From a virus (lineage: Duplodnaviria; Caudoviricetes): a stretch of DNA of 52,010 nucleotides. Position 1 is the first letter of the stretch, and each line of letters opens with the position of its first letter. The stretch lies in IMG/VR virus record IMGVR_UViG_3300021088_000016, positions 1-52,010 of that record; one strand, 5' to 3'. Shown piece by piece: positions 16,494-26,900 of this stretch. Below the pieces are notes generated by a model. The model was not told the DNA's origin and did no database searches. It worked only from the letters and a program-made list of their open reading frames with translations. The position numbers were made by a program, and so were the translations under genes.

Positions 16494-16790
16494 ATGAATT
16501 GGTGGCAGACTCCGTATAATCCGCCACCCTACGGGTGGCCTCCGCAGCAGATACCTTGTCCTCCTGGCGTTGATCCAATTAAAGTGATGGAGTTTATGGA
16601 TCGAGTTCAGAGGAGGGCTCAGAAAGCAAAGGAAAAAGATAAGGACCCTAAGAAAGATGAGAAGAAGCCCAGTCCTTGGAAAGATGCCTTGTGGTACTTC
16701 CAGGCTGCATGTATATTGTACTTCTTGTCTCCCCCTCTTGCTGCTTTGCAGCATATAATTTCCACCATCGTAACACAGGTCATGAAGTAA
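16494..16790 (+). CDS. Pro-rich hypothetical membrane protein
   Basis: GGAGAG SD; C-terminal hydrophobic stretch. Confidence 0.7.
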   Translation: MNWWQTPYNPPPYGWPPQQIPCPPGVDPIKVMEFMDRVQRRAQKAKEKDKDPKKDEKKPSPWKDALWYFQAACILYFLSPPLAALQHIISTIVTQVMK

Positions 16791-16791
16791 T

Positions 16792-17655
16792 TTGCCTACC
16801 ATCGACACACTCATTCGCGACGTTTACAAGGTTTTGGAGGTACGGGATGGAACCTTCTGTGGAGAGACTGTTGATGTTTTATCCACGAATATCACTAGCC
16901 GCTTATTACATCAACTGGGTGAGGGACCCGCGGGACGAAGACCTACACTCCGATTGTCAGGAATGGGTCCTAAATGTCCTCGCGCTCTCTGGTACTCAAT
17001 TAACAAGCCAGAACTTGCGGAGCATTTACCTCCGTGGGTCCACGCTAAATTCGCGTTTGGGCATATCTTGGAAGCGTTCGGAATAGCGTTATGTAAAGCA
17101 GCAGGACACACAGTCACAGGAGAACAGGATGAACTCTGCGTGGACGGTGTGGTCGGCCATAGAGACGCTGTGGTGGATGGCTGTGTTGTGGATTTCAAGT
17201 CTTGTAGCAGTCGTTCTTTTGAGAAGTTCAAGAACAAATCTCTTGCTCATGATGATCCTTTTGGGTATCTGGATCAGATGGATGGATACTTGGTGGGATC
17301 ATTTAATGACCCTCTGGTCACAGTAAAGGACAGGGGGTACCTATTCGCCATTGATAAAACATTAGGACATATGTGCTTATATGAACACAAAGTCAGAGAA
17401 GACCACATTAGAGAAAGAGTTAAACAGTCTAAAGAAATCGTTAACCTCCCTGAACCTCCACGTTGTAGATGTGGAACACAACCTGTCGGAGAGTCTGGAA
17501 ACGTTAAGCTCGATATCAAAGCTAGTTACAGCGACTTCAAACACTGTTGCTTCCCTGGCCTACGAACATTCATCTACGCTGGTGGCCCAGTCTACCTCAC
17601 AGAAGTGAAAAGGGTACCCGATGTCCCAGAACTCCACAGACACCCTGTCCATTAA
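16792..17655 (+). CDS. PD-(D/E)XK exonuclease (Cas4-like, SIO1-type)
   Basis: LRLSGMG.C.R.LWY, FGHILE, GHRDAVVDG, VDFKS; TTG start. Confidence 0.85.
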   Translation: MPTIDTLIRDVYKVLEVRDGTFCGETVDVLSTNITSRLLHQLGEGPAGRRPTLRLSGMGPKCPRALWYSINKPELAEHLPPWVHAKFAFGHILEAFGIALCKAAGHTVTGEQDELCVDGVVGHRDAVVDGCVVDFKSCSSRSFEKFKNKSLAHDDPFGYLDQMDGYLVGSFNDPLVTVKDRGYLFAIDKTLGHMCLYEHKVREDHIRERVKQSKEIVNLPEPPRCRCGTQPVGESGNVKLDIKASYSDFKHCCFPGLRTFIYAGGPVYLTEVKRVPDVPELHRHPVH

Positions 17656-17818
17656 CTTTACTGGTTCAATGCGTACCAACAATGAACTGTTAATCATTAA
17701 GTTCATTGACGATGTGAAAGAATTATTTGCTGAGTGGCAGGAGACAGTACAGATTACCAGTTTGAATATTGCAGTACACGATAATAGGAATTATGAAGTT
17801 AAAGAAGACCCGAAATAA
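17621..17818 (+). CDS. Hypothetical protein
   Basis: Overlapping small ORF in the operon. Confidence 0.5.
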   Translation: MSQNSTDTLSINFTGSMRTNNELLIIKFIDDVKELFAEWQETVQITSLNIAVHDNRNYEVKEDPK

Positions 17819-18143
17819 GTTTGAGGCGAAGATCGAGAAACAACTCAAGAGAGCTAGAGTTGTATTCAGCTACGAAGCCAAGAAGATACCCTACCTCTTA
17901 TCAGGGCATTACATCCCTGACTTCTGCATACAGACCCCTACTGGTGTTCTATACGTAGAGACCAAAGGGTATTTCAGACCTGAAGCCAAAAGGAAGATGG
18001 TCGCAGTTAAGAAATTAAATCCCCATCTGGATATACGAATAGTTTTCTATGCCCTCAAGAAAAAAGATATAGCTTGGGCAATTAGAAACGGATTCAAATA
18101 TTCGGTGGGGACAATACCGAAGGAGTGGTTAGATGGACTTTAA
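17793..18143 (+). CDS. Endonuclease I (T7 gp3-like Holliday junction resolvase)
   Basis: RNKFE, YIPDF, VETKG, DIRIVF and IPKEW motifs. Confidence 0.9.
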   Translation: MKLKKTRNKFEAKIEKQLKRARVVFSYEAKKIPYLLSGHYIPDFCIQTPTGVLYVETKGYFRPEAKRKMVAVKKLNPHLDIRIVFYALKKKDIAWAIRNGFKYSVGTIPKEWLDGL

Positions 18144-18280
18144 TATATCGCATGTAGCCTATTTCTTTGCAGGAATGATTGTTATGTTCTTATTCCTGCT
18201 TGCAGTAGGATCTATTCTAGGTGTCTAAATGGTTAAACATCCCAATTCCCGCGCAGAGCGCATCAGATTGAAGTTGATAT

Positions 18281-18568
18281 ATGAAAAGAAAGAACCGACA
18301 GGTAAACGACGCCGCAGCACACCTCCAAGGGAGCGCGACCCAGATGAAACCGATCCGAAAGGTCTCGAAGGTTAAGGAAGAGTATCCCACATTCGTTACA
18401 CCAGAGACTGTGGAAGATGCATTGTTTGTCCATTGGAACGCAATGAAGGTCATCGGTGACACTGATGAAATCTTCGTAGATCTTCCTAAGATCATCCAGG
18501 TAACCATAAAGAAGAAAGGAAAAGATAGCCGGGCTAGGTATCGAATACTAAATGGTGAGAGCAGCTAG
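18281..18568 (+). CDS. Hypothetical protein
   Basis: ORF in the operon. Confidence 0.5.
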   Translation: MKRKNRQVNDAAAHLQGSATQMKPIRKVSKVKEEYPTFVTPETVEDALFVHWNAMKVIGDTDEIFVDLPKIIQVTIKKKGKDSRARYRILNGESS

Positions 18569-18797
18569 AGATTACCGAAAGGAGTACGATGAGTACCATA
18601 AAAAGCCAGAACAAAAGCTTAGGCGTGCTCAGCGTAACGCGGCGAGAAATAAAGCTATACGTGCTGGGAAAGTACGTAAGGGTGACGGAAAAGAGATTGA
18701 CCATACCGGTAGCCACAGAAGAGGCTCACTGGCACATGTGCCGACTAGGATTACTAGTAGGTCAGCAAATAGGCGTAGACAACCTAAACGTTCTTAA
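18552..18797 (+). CDS. Small HNH endonuclease-like protein
   Basis: RDYRKEY...RAQRNAAR...GDGKEIDH...SANR, a pattern typical of small podophage HNH proteins. Confidence 0.7.
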   Translation: MVRAARDYRKEYDEYHKKPEQKLRRAQRNAARNKAIRAGKVRKGDGKEIDHTGSHRRGSLAHVPTRITSRSANRRRQPKRS

Positions 18798-18860
18798 TCT
18801 GTTTCATATTCACCTTCTTAGGTGAATGTTTTGTTACATTGAAACTGGAGGAGGACGACA

Positions 18861-19268
18861 ATGACTGAGGTTTCCAAGAAGGTGATGGAGCAACTCCTTG
18901 ATCTCTCTGCTGGTTCAGAGGATGTCGAGGCAGGTCTGAGTGATCTCTTGGTCAAGGAGGACTTGAACAAGAAGGTCACTGCTTTAGCTTCTTGTTATAA
19001 GAAGTGGCTCAAGCTCCGAGGCGAGATTAAGAAGGCGGAACGTCCTGACCAAGTACAAGTGGATAAGGACGGGAAGCCGGTTTCCTCTGCTTTCTCTAAG
19101 AAGGCATTCGAAGCTCTCAAGGTCCTCCGCGAGAAGGCGGGTAAGATTGAACGGGCAGTTGAGAAGGCTCTCAAGGAGGAAGATTATGGAGACGTCTACA
19201 ATATTGCCCAATCTAAGGACGACGGTGGAAGCAAGAGTGAGGAAGCTTCTGATACCGACGCTTCTTAA
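18861..19268 (+). CDS. Hypothetical helical protein
   Basis: GGAGGAGG SD. Confidence 0.8.
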   Translation: MTEVSKKVMEQLLDLSAGSEDVEAGLSDLLVKEDLNKKVTALASCYKKWLKLRGEIKKAERPDQVQVDKDGKPVSSAFSKKAFEALKVLREKAGKIERAVEKALKEEDYGDVYNIAQSKDDGGSKSEEASDTDAS

Positions 19269-19518
19269 GCGTATGATCGCCTACCACACAAGCCGCGGCA
19301 TCAACTATGATTGTGACTGCGAGTTCTGTGTGGCGAAGAAGCAGATCACCTACCAGATCGGGAATGCTCATTACTTGATGCGTACCTCCAAGACTCAACC
19401 ACAATCTCTTCGTCCTTACTGTCTGGACTCTGATGCCATCGGTAACTGGATATGGCAGTTACGTAGGACAGCCAGACGTGAGGCAAGAGAAGAACTTAAC
19501 CAACTTAAGGAGCGTTAA
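19237..19518 (+). CDS. Hypothetical protein with CDCEFC motif (start approximate)
   Basis: C-terminal part of ORF 19147-19518. Confidence 0.6.
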   Translation: MRKLLIPTLLKRMIAYHTSRGINYDCDCEFCVAKKQITYQIGNAHYLMRTSKTQPQSLRPYCLDSDAIGNWIWQLRRTARREAREELNQLKER

Positions 19519-19671
19519 ATGGATACAAAGATTACAGATGCTGAACTGGAAATCCCTGCTTCGTTGAAGAGGGCGCCTTCAGCTACTGAGATCATCCCGG
19601 ATATTCCGGTGGAGGTCGAACGTCAGTTCGTCACCATCGAGGAAGAAGGGGGCATCGAAGTTACGGAGTAA
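19519..19671 (+). CDS. Small acidic protein, 50 aa, containing LEIPASLKR
   Basis: Manual translation; AAGGAG SD. Confidence 0.65.
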   Translation: MDTKITDAELEIPASLKRAPSATEIIPDIPVEVERQFVTIEEEGGIEVTE

Positions 19672-19674
19672 CGG

Positions 19675-20334
19675 ATGAACGCGTATGAACAGGATTGCTG
19701 GGATCGGTTCGAGGAGTGGTGTGATCTGATCCCGGGTTACGTCGGTGCGGATAAGAACAAGAAGAAAAGACTGAAGAAGGAATATAAGATGGCCAATTTA
19801 GGATTCGCTCAAAGTTGTCTTGCTAAATGTATTGTGTTAGACGATCGCATCAAGCAGTCGCCCATGCCGTGCACCGCTAAAGCGAATGCACCAAGAAAAG
19901 GAAACGACAACATGTACGTCGAACAGAACATGACTGTGAAGGAGAAGACCACCGAGGACGTCCGTCGGGAGCACTTCCTTGTTCAGCTGGACGCCATCTA
20001 TTGTAAGAAGGATGCGGAGCTTCGTGAGAAGTTCGGCATCTCGGTCAAGAAGGCTCCCAAGACTCCGAAAGAGTTGGTGGAGTGGATCAAGTCCGGCGAG
20101 TATACGTTTACCAAGGGTTACGATCCGGAAGATGAGGATACCTGGGATACCTGGGAGATCCCCTACTATGGCATCCGTTGGACCAAGGTCAAGGAAGACC
20201 GCAAGGGCTACGATGAGGCTTACAAGGCTCTGCATCTGGAACTGAACGAATTCCGGAATGAGTGCTGGGCCGAGGTTGAGCCTGCGAACTTCCTCAAGAT
20301 CCTGGAGAAGTTCAAGAAGTCCAAGCTCCACTAA
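19675..20334 (+). CDS. Hypothetical protein (internal start possible at MYVEQN)
   Basis: Long ORF with C/G-ending codons. Confidence 0.75.
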   Translation: MNAYEQDCWDRFEEWCDLIPGYVGADKNKKKRLKKEYKMANLGFAQSCLAKCIVLDDRIKQSPMPCTAKANAPRKGNDNMYVEQNMTVKEKTTEDVRREHFLVQLDAIYCKKDAELREKFGISVKKAPKTPKELVEWIKSGEYTFTKGYDPEDEDTWDTWEIPYYGIRWTKVKEDRKGYDEAYKALHLELNEFRNECWAEVEPANFLKILEKFKKSKLH

Positions 20335-20385
20335 TAACCCTGCCCCCTAATGCCTCCCAGGTGAGGTAGGGAATAGGGCAAACTT

Positions 20386-20435
20386 AAGGCCCCTAGAGGA
20401 TTCCGAGTTGTACTCGGGCCTCTGGGGCCTTTTTT
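20386..20435. terminator. Terminator at the convergence of the two genome arms
   Basis: AAGGCCCCTAGAGG...CCTCTGGGGCCTTTTTT; a second hairpin at 20341-20380. Confidence 0.85.
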
Positions 20436-20457
20436 ATTGTCTAAATGCTTTTTAATC

Positions 20458-21861
20458 TTATCTAGGCGAGTTTAACTGCTTACTCCTAGGCACGTCCTCA
20501 GTTAGTTCTGGTTCGAATATCTTGGCTGCATAAGGATGTTTATGCCTGAACTGTACGTTCCTGGCTTCAACCTCTCCGGCTACATTCTGGTATGCGGTGT
20601 GTCGCGCCTCCAGGAATTCTTGTTTAGTGGGAATTAAACTAGCGTTAGGATTTTCACGATTAGCTCTTATAAGCGCCTCTACCATATACGGGTGCATTCT
20701 TTCTGGAGAAGATCCACCGGTAAAACCTTCTCTATCTTGAATCAAATGTTGTATTTCATGAAGTAGCGTAGAGTGCATGGATTCCGCTGTCATGGGGGAC
20801 AGCGCTATTGTCTGCCCGACTTTATCTGTCAAACCTTTTATTCCTTTTTTTAAATCTGCATCTTCAACAGGTTCAATCTTAACATCTCTTAATCCAGGGT
20901 AAGACTTATATAGTTCAGGATGATGAAAGATATCTTCAAGCTTTACACTCTTGTTCTCTGGAACAGCGAATTGATCATCACTTGCACTCTTGCCTAATAC
21001 TGTGTCTAATTTTCCAGTCTTTAGCTTAGAACCTTCATCAGATATCTCTTGTCTCCATTTACCCTCTGCACCTCGAAACCAAGGTCTCTCTGCAGAAGCG
21101 TGTGCGCCTGGGTTAGTATAGCCAGGTTGCATGGGATTTAACGGTTGAAAGGTGGCGTCGGTAGCATTGATACCAGCACCTCTCAAGCCACGGAATAGGG
21201 CTTCTCGTATAGGAGGGAATTGTTTCCCGGTTTCAGATTCATCTAAGCCATGCTTAGTAGTATGGGCATCTGGATGTCTAGGTCTATCGGTAGGCTCACT
21301 GGCAATACTTGCAGCATCTCTCCAGTGTTGTTTATAGTCTTCTAGACCCTTCTCTCCGAACTCTGCAGTCACTGCAGCAGACTCTCGTGCAGTAGACCAG
21401 TCATGAGCCTTATGATATGCGTCTTGAGAACTCATCCCGTTCTTCACGAGATCGTTCATATAATCATTCTCATAGGCTTCATGGTTCCAGAGGTGTTTCT
21501 CATACTCTGGGTTAGGCGATATACGATGGTCAATGGCCATCCCGTACATCTGCCCCTTGTCATCTGTTAAAGCAGAGGCAACTAGAGGAACGTGGTGATC
21601 TCTGTCTATAGATTCAGATTCTGGTTTAGGAAAAGGAACTACTTGACCCCCTCCACTTTTTAAATTCTCAAACTCTTTCATAAGTTGATCAAATATTAAA
21701 CCGTCTCTATTCGTTCCAGGTTTATTGTCATTAGCAGGCTTAGGTGGAGTAGCCATTGCTGATTTAGACGCACCCGCGGCCTTCTCTGGGTCTTCTACGG
21801 GCCTTCCAATGGCCAACCCTAGGCCAGTCTCATACTGCTTACCGTCTGAGGAACCAATCAT
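20458..21861 (-). CDS. Probable virion/ejected protein with LPD23-like domain and zincin metallopeptidase
   Basis: WFRGAEGKWRQEISD...HPELYKSYP (LPD23-like); STLLHEIQHLIQ (HExxH) and GEVEARNVQ. Confidence 0.75.
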   Translation of the reverse strand: MIGSSDGKQYETGLGLAIGRPVEDPEKAAGASKSAMATPPKPANDNKPGTNRDGLIFDQLMKEFENLKSGGGQVVPFPKPESESIDRDHHVPLVASALTDDKGQMYGMAIDHRISPNPEYEKHLWNHEAYENDYMNDLVKNGMSSQDAYHKAHDWSTARESAAVTAEFGEKGLEDYKQHWRDAASIASEPTDRPRHPDAHTTKHGLDESETGKQFPPIREALFRGLRGAGINATDATFQPLNPMQPGYTNPGAHASAERPWFRGAEGKWRQEISDEGSKLKTGKLDTVLGKSASDDQFAVPENKSVKLEDIFHHPELYKSYPGLRDVKIEPVEDADLKKGIKGLTDKVGQTIALSPMTAESMHSTLLHEIQHLIQDREGFTGGSSPERMHPYMVEALIRANRENPNASLIPTKQEFLEARHTAYQNVAGEVEARNVQFRHKHPYAAKIFEPELTEDVPRSKQLNSPR

Positions 21862-23924
21862 TGATGTGTTGCAACCATTGCTTTAATCATCTGATCTACT
21901 AAGCTTCCCTCTGGAGCGTTCATACTTCTGAGGATTTGGTACACTGCGACAGTAGGATCTTCGTCGTGATTAGGATCCTTCTGAGCTACATCAGCGGCTC
22001 TCTTTAAGTTGCTAGAGAGTGCTCTAAGGTCAGGTCTATTGACCATTCCACGGTCTGATAGGAAGCTAAATGTGGAAGTATCAGGGTTGTAAGCAGCCCT
22101 CAATTTACCGAATGGAGTGACGTCTCCCTGCTTCCTTAACGCTTGTTGAACAGTACTGACACGCCCTGTATCCTCAGGAGGTACATCTGTAAGCGTAGAG
22201 TGATCGGCTAATAGATATCTGATGTTAGATCCCACCCAGTTACGGTAGTGTTCATATAATTCAGGGTTCTCTTTAGCTCTCTTGGCAACACGGTCTGCCA
22301 TACCTTCGGAAGTGAAAGTGTCATAGACGTACTGCTGACCTAGCCCCTTACCCCCGGTGCCTGTACCAGTCTTGGCGAAGTACTTTAGGACGTCTGCACT
22401 CTGAGGCCCGAAGGCTGAATTGATTAGGGCATCTGCACTCTCATCAGAGATTGCTTGAGGTCCCTTAGTGGCGATGGTGGAGTATAGCTCAACCAGTGAC
22501 TTCCAGTTCTTCCCGTCCTTGTTGTTCTTAACTTGCATCTCCTGAGCTATCTGCCCGAAAGACTTACCGCCTTTAGAAGGAGATGTTGCTGCAGCAGCAG
22601 CATTATTCATCAATTCCCCAGCTTGTTCAGCAGAAGCTTGCTGACCTGCTTGTATCGCTATTTGAGGACCTAAAGGGTCTTTAACCTCAGCTAGCCCAGT
22701 AAGAACAGCATGCGTATGCGCGTACTTATCTTTGTCAAAGTAGGGAGTAGCCGCTTCAATAGATTTAGCCTTGATTAAATTCTTCTGTTGCTCTGCTAAA
22801 GAAAAGTCTCCCTTACCTAAAGCATCCATATAAGGATCGTAGAATAACTTGAGCTCATCAGCTACAGTCTTCTGAATCTCCTCTGTCTTCATATTAGGGA
22901 AGGCATGAGACAGGTCAGCAGCTCGTTCCGCGGATAACGCACCACGCTGCTGTTCCATGAAGGTTCTTAACTGCACGGACTCCTGCGGGGTTACGTCTCG
23001 GGCAAATTCACCCCGACGCATCTTATTCATGATGTCCTGCATACGGTCGTTAGTCTTAGGATCAATGTCTAAGTGTGTAGCAATAGTGTCTAACTTGCTA
23101 GAATAGTAATGAGCCCCAGACTCAGTAACCCCCTTATTCTGAATATCTGTTTCCTTCTCTCTGTTGAGAGTATTAGAAGCCTTCTCGAAGTCAATTAGCT
23201 TAGTAGCCATCTCTAAGGAGTGGTCCTTGGCCTCCATGGAGTTAAGCCAAGACAGAGCCTGGGGGCCGTACTTCTCTGGGTCTTGTTGTACCTTCTGGTA
23301 CCACATATTCCCTTCCTTGTACTTGAACCCGGACTCCAGTATTCTATTCGCTAACTTATCTTGTCCACTTCTACGTGCAGCAGTGAAGGAGTCTACGTCC
23401 TGGATTACAGAACGGATGTACTGATTAGCTGAGTCACGGCCTGTAACCCGCTTGAATGTTTCATCTACATATTCACGATAACCAGGGTACTTACCCCGCA
23501 CCTCTTTAGCCAAGGCGTTTAGACGTGCATCATAGTCTGTCTGGGACAGTTTACCATTAGCCCGTGCACTATCTAGTTTACCTAGGGTATCAGGAAGTCC
23601 CTTAACATCTCTAGGAGCATCTCGCCCTAAGGGATCGGGGGTATCACGTCCTTGTAGAGATTGATCTGCAGAATGCAGACGTTCCATATACTGATCACGA
23701 AGAGGATCTACTGCGGCATAGACGGTATTCTGAATGCCCTTCTCATACGCAGCCGTAATGCCTTGAGCCCCTTCCTTTATCGCTGAGCCCCCTGCATCTA
23801 GAGCCTGCCCAATAGCCTTACCTCGGATCTCTCCTGAAGTATCTGGCTTAGGTTCAGAAGTAGGTCTGGCCCAGAAGTATGGCTGACTCGGTTGCCCTTG
23901 AACTGGAGATGCGAAGTCGACCAT
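21858..23924 (-). CDS. Internal virion (ejection) protein
   Basis: 688-aa helical protein after the large core protein; position. Confidence 0.6.
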   Translation of the reverse strand: MVDFASPVQGQPSQPYFWARPTSEPKPDTSGEIRGKAIGQALDAGGSAIKEGAQGITAAYEKGIQNTVYAAVDPLRDQYMERLHSADQSLQGRDTPDPLGRDAPRDVKGLPDTLGKLDSARANGKLSQTDYDARLNALAKEVRGKYPGYREYVDETFKRVTGRDSANQYIRSVIQDVDSFTAARRSGQDKLANRILESGFKYKEGNMWYQKVQQDPEKYGPQALSWLNSMEAKDHSLEMATKLIDFEKASNTLNREKETDIQNKGVTESGAHYYSSKLDTIATHLDIDPKTNDRMQDIMNKMRRGEFARDVTPQESVQLRTFMEQQRGALSAERAADLSHAFPNMKTEEIQKTVADELKLFYDPYMDALGKGDFSLAEQQKNLIKAKSIEAATPYFDKDKYAHTHAVLTGLAEVKDPLGPQIAIQAGQQASAEQAGELMNNAAAAATSPSKGGKSFGQIAQEMQVKNNKDGKNWKSLVELYSTIATKGPQAISDESADALINSAFGPQSADVLKYFAKTGTGTGGKGLGQQYVYDTFTSEGMADRVAKRAKENPELYEHYRNWVGSNIRYLLADHSTLTDVPPEDTGRVSTVQQALRKQGDVTPFGKLRAAYNPDTSTFSFLSDRGMVNRPDLRALSSNLKRAADVAQKDPNHDEDPTVAVYQILRSMNAPEGSLVDQMIKAMVATHQ

Positions 23925-26900
23925 TACTGAGTATTCCTTTGTTTCATTTCTTGTACCTTATTGTAGATGTTCTGGGTACGTTGTTTATCTGCGTCTGGGA
24001 CACTCCGATCGTAAGTGAAGGACCAGTTAATGCGGTCTACTAATGATTGGTTATCCTTAGCTGCCTGAGCTATAGCCCTAGCTTTCTCAGTCGCAGGGAT
24101 AGCATTGAGAAGCCATGCAGCCCTCTTGCCATACTGTGTAGCTTGGGTAGGATTATTATCGTTCAGGGCCTGGAAGTATCTCTGCATCTCTTTATTGTAC
24201 TGTTTAAACGTCTCTGCTTCCCCAGCTCTACGTTCTCTGATTGTAAGAGTCTTCTGGTAGATATCTGGTACCGATTGGTCAGATAGACCTGTGATACCTG
24301 TGAAGACTGCATTCTCCGGAGAAGTAGGTAATAGGTACGCACCATTACGAGACATCCACTTACCTGTCTCTACCCCCATGTATGTACGCCATGCGTAGTT
24401 GAAGGTGGATATCTCTTTAAACATATCTACGAAGTCATTGGCAGTTAAGGTGTATTGTCCATCGCCTCTGAGCATGGAGACCATTGCATTCCGAAAGCCT
24501 GAGCTATTAGCCCACGTATTCGCGAGTGATGAATAAGCGGCTCCGCCGAAGACCTCCCAGATAGATCTGTCTCCGTTAAGTGCTGAGTCAACGAGGTCGA
24601 GGTCCTTGGCTCCATAAGACTCTCCAAAGTCATAGACGTGCCCTGTAAGTTCATTAACTACAACTGGAAGTAAACCTTCCATTACTGCTGTTGAGGCAAA
24701 GTCGTATCCGGGTACGTATTCTTGTAATCCAGGGACATTGCCTTTATCTACCTGACTGCGAAGTACAGTGCTGAGACCAACAATACCGCCAGCAGTAGGT
24801 ACTCCAAAGATACCCGCATAGCCGAAGAATAGCCTGGCCTTCTCGGGTCCTGTAAGTCTCTTGCCAATTAACAACTCCGCTAATCTGAGGTTATAGGAAG
24901 AGAACATAGCCCCGAAGGTCATTAGTCCTTTCTGAACCGCAGACGTAGAAGCTCTGCTCATGTTATGAGATAAGTCATTAGCCCTTAAGAGGATTGCATC
25001 ATAGTCTTTATCCTTAAGAGGACCCGTAGGGTGTAGGTCTCTGTATTCTTTAAAGGCTGTATACCAAGAGGCTGTCTTCAAGGACTTAACACCAGCACGG
25101 AAAGGAGACATACCAGCGTCTAGGAACTGGTGTGTCTTATTCTGGATGATGTTATTAGCCATTGGATTATCTTTTAAGGCTAATTGATTAAGGTCTACGT
25201 GGTTAAAACCAGAACGTATTAAAGCCTCATTAGCCTCAATCCACTCTCCAGGCTTCCATCCAGATTGTCCAGGAAACCTGAACTTGGATGCCTTCTCATC
25301 TAAAGCTCTGAGGATGTTTGCATCCCTGCTTAAGGAACTCCAGCCATGGAGCATTGCTCCAAAAGCACCGGACCCTGCGTACTTAGGCGCTATTAGCGCA
25401 CCGTTGATGAAGGTAAAGGCGTGGATAAAGAATTGTCTGGGGGAGAAGAAACCCATCTTGCTGTTGAAGATTATACTACGTAAGAACGTAGGCGCATGAG
25501 ATAAAGTAGATATCTTCCAAAGAGGTTCTAGCCGAAGAGCTTTAGGTCCGAACTTCCCGTAGATGGAGTCAGACATCTTCTGCTCCATACTATTCAAGAA
25601 TGTATCGAACTTAGAAGGAATACCGATGAATGCTTTGATCTTCATCATGTCTGCTTCTAATGCAGACTTAACAGCTAATGGAGTTCCTGTTTTAAACTTA
25701 GGGTTGTTGAAGAAGTGGAATGGACTTTGTGCAATCTCTTCTCTGGTCGCTTCTAAGTATTCAGCAGCACCTACCAGCTTAGAGGCATCTTGGAAAGAAG
25801 GAACAGAAGCACCAAACAACCAGTGATTAACAGCAGATGTTTTGTAGTCATCCATAAACAGACTATTAATAATACGCCCTAAGCCCCTATTCATCATAGG
25901 GATCGCGTCTATGTAGTCATCCTTATTTAGATTAAATACGGGATTGTACTTGGTACCCACGTCTCTGGCACCCCAGAAATCGTAGCTATCTCGTTCCCCT
26001 GTATACTGGATTGCGTTAGATCTCGCGGGGTTACCGTGACGAGTTCCATCTATAATACCTCCTAAGTCCTTATAACGATCTTCTAGAGCAGACTTACCTA
26101 AGTCCATTATCATCTTATCTTTAGGACGATACTGAATAGGCTCTCGCATATTCAGACGCGGAGGTACAGTCTCCCCTTTAACATCCTTAGAAGGATCGAA
26201 TGCTTCCCAAAGGTCCTTGAACCCAGATGGAAAGCCTTCTCTCTGAAAGTGAGCTTGAGCCCCGGCTTCATCGTTGTTAAGCTTGAACTCTCGGATCTGA
26301 TCTGCGATCTTAGCTAACTTACGTCCTTCTTCTGCAGTGTGAATACCGAATAGGTTAGTATCCCCTCGATACACAAAGCTCTTGAAGTACTTACTCACCT
26401 TAGCCTGGGAGAGATACCCGTTATACTCACGTTCTAAATGGCCGCCTTCTGTCCTGCCCAGTTGCTTGCCCCAGGACAATGGGCGGTCTTTTGCATTATA
26501 AGCTAAGACATATTCAACTCGATGGCTTTCATCAATACTGCCAAAGCCTTTCAATTGGTTAAGATCAGTATCCCAAATCTGGAGAAGCTTGGCTTTGCCA
26601 GTCTTCATATCTTCTTCAATCTCTCCAATACGCTTGTCAGAGAAGTCGTGGGCCTGCCATACTTTAGTAGCATTACCGTTAGTCTCTTGACTGTCAATAA
26701 CAGCGATAGAAGTATCTCGTCCACGAGGAAACTTATCTGTTACTCGACGAGCATTGATCCAAGGGGATTGCTTGAGTGATCCATCCTCAGCCTTAACCTG
26801 AGCCTGCCATTCCTGTGCGCCCCACCTGGCTTGGTTACGGATGATGGAAGCTTCACGATACCAATAATCTGACTCTAGATTTCCTCTGAATTCAAAGTAA

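Noticed and set aside
15505-16497. Short ORFs 15505-15732, 15822-16022, 16172-16423 and 16252-16497
   Set aside because: Non-ATG or weak starts, no SD, atypical composition; they overlap dense RNA helices
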